Assembly: GCF_001194135.2 (NCBI RefSeq)
Contig: NC_068985.1
Coordinates: 62,624,538-62,688,537 of the forward strand
Reading direction: 5' to 3'
Length of the DNA stretch: 64,000 nucleotides
Source: Octopus bimaculoides
Taxonomy: Eukaryota
Of the stretch, positions 62,358 to 64,000 are shown one piece after another. Made by a program: the position numbers and the translations under genes. Numbering within the stretch: position 1 is the first letter of the stretch; every line of letters starts with the position of its first letter. The notes under the pieces are model-generated. The model did no database searches. It was not told the DNA's origin and saw only the letters and a program-made list of their open reading frames with translations.

Positions 62358-63633
62358 TGAGGGATACTGAAAAGTTCTTGGCTTCAAGGGTATCACAAAA
62401 GAGTAGAGCTGTTACCGTTATGAGGGGAGGAGGGTAGGACAACTATTTAGAAGATATGCAAAAAATCATTATGGTATACAATATATCTTTCTCTTTTTTG
62501 CAGATTTAATGTATGATGGCAGATCTTACAGTAAATTTTGGTAAAACTGAAGCTCAGGTAGTCATGAAGTTCCTTTTCACAAGGCAAAAGAGCAGCAGAA
62601 ATCTAAAGCAAGATGAAGGAAGTCTTGAAGGCTGCTACTCATCTTACTCCTCATTGAAAATCTGGGTGTCAAGGTTTGGGACTAGTCATTCCGAGGTCAC
62701 AGATGAACCCTGGTCAAGACAGCCAACTCCTGCAACCACAGAGGACAAAGCCAATGCTGTGCACATGATTCTCAAGGACTGCTGGATTTCAACTAAAGTC
62801 ATAGCTGAGACACTGGGGATTTCCCACAAAAGAGTTGGCTGCATCATCCACAACATTCTGGACATGAGAAAGCTTTCCATAAAATGGGTGCTGAAATACC
62901 TCAACACAGATCAGAAGTGCATCAGAGTGATGACATCAAAGGCAATTTGGGATCAGTTTGCAGCAGGAGAGGCTGATTTTATAACTTGTTTAGTCACCAT
63001 GAATGAAACTTGTCTTCATCATTATGATCATTATGACCAAACAGCACTCAATGGAGTGATGCCACAGTTGTTCACTGCCTCCCAAGAAGTTTCAGACAAG
63101 AATTCAGCTGAAAAGATTTTGGCTTCAGTGTTCTGGGACAAAGACAGAAGACGCCTCATAAAATACCTGTCAAAGGGTCACACCATCAACATAGAATATT
63201 ACATCTCTGTTGGATGAAGTGCAAGAAGCTTTGAAGCAGAAATGCCACAGAAAGCAAAGTCATGGTGTCCTGTTTTTGCAGGACAATGCACCAGCACACA
63301 CACCACATGAAACTCTATGAAAAATTGGTTTCGAATTGGTAGACCAACTACCTTACTTGATCTCCTCCAACTATTACCTCCAAACTTGTCCCCCTCAAAC
63401 TATCACCCCATTCCACAATGGAAAAAACATTTCAAGGGAATGAAATTTCACCCTGATTTGGAAGTGATTGCTGCTACAGAGGCCTAGTTGGAGGCCCAAC
63501 CTTCCAAGTTCTTTTTATAGGGCTTAGAAAAACTGAAGGACTACTGCAATAAGTGTTTGAATCTGAGAGAGGAATATGTTGAATGAAATCATAATTAACT
63601 GATCCAAAGACAGGAACTTTTCAGCACCCATTG
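62358..63633 (+). mobile_element. Mariner (Tc1/mariner) transposon, about 1.28 kb, inactive
   Basis: Imperfect TIRs (TGAGGGATACTGAAAAGTTC and GAACTTTTCAGCACCCATTG), TA on the left; ORF 62513-63217 with helix-turn-helix and WVL (WVP-like); catalytic region TMNET, LQDNA, PNLSPSNY with two of three Asp changed to Asn. Confidence 0.92.
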
Positions 63634-63656
63634 TGTGTGTGTGTGTGTGTGTGTGT

Positions 63657-64000
63657 ATCATCATCATCGTCATTGTTTAACATTCGCTTTCCATGCTAGC
63701 ATGGGTTGGACGATTTGACTGAGGACTGGTGAACCAGGTGGCTACACCAGGCTCCAATCTGATTTGGCAGAGTTTCTACAGCTGGATGCCCTTCCTAACG
63801 CCAACCACTCCGAGAGAGTGTAGTAGGTGCTTTTACGTGCCACCGGCACAAAGGCCAGTCAGGCAGTACTGGCAACGGCCACGCTCAGAATGGTGTATTT
63901 TATGTGCCACCTGCACAGGAGTCAGTCCAGCGGCACTGGCAACGAACCTCGCTCAAATGTCTTTTCATGTGCCAGGAAGGCAACGCTGGTAATGATCAGT
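63657..64000 (-). mobile_element. (GAT)n-tailed retroposon, cut by the window end
   Basis: Same family as 14541-14862. Confidence 0.8.

Overview
This is eukaryotic, AT-rich, microsatellite-rich DNA with many assembly gaps; the repeat families suggest an octopus or other coleoid cephalopod (inference). No prokaryotic operons, CRISPR arrays, or rRNA/tRNA genes were seen. Most of the window is decayed, often nested transposable elements: three Ty3/Gypsy copies (two with both LTRs and target-site duplications), one BEL/Pao, several RTE LINEs, one R4/Dong-like LINE with a restriction-like endonuclease, one CR1-like LINE with a local inverted duplication, a Penelope GIY-YIG remnant, a mariner, a Chapaev-like CMC transposon, a piggyBac-like MITE and many SINE-like repeats. 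Two things stand out. (1) A minus-strand spliced host gene, reconstructed here from six candidate exons (59559 down to 30688), encodes a single-pass membrane protein whose cytoplasmic tail has YxN and ITIM-like tyrosine motifs. (2) At least three unrelated families of type I hammerhead ribozyme motifs are present: a 431-bp tandem retrozyme-like repeat, 324-bp direct repeats bracketing an inverted LINE fragment, and a Penelope-associated inverted repeat, plus one fossil motif. Long ORFs in the supplied track that run through N gaps are artefacts.
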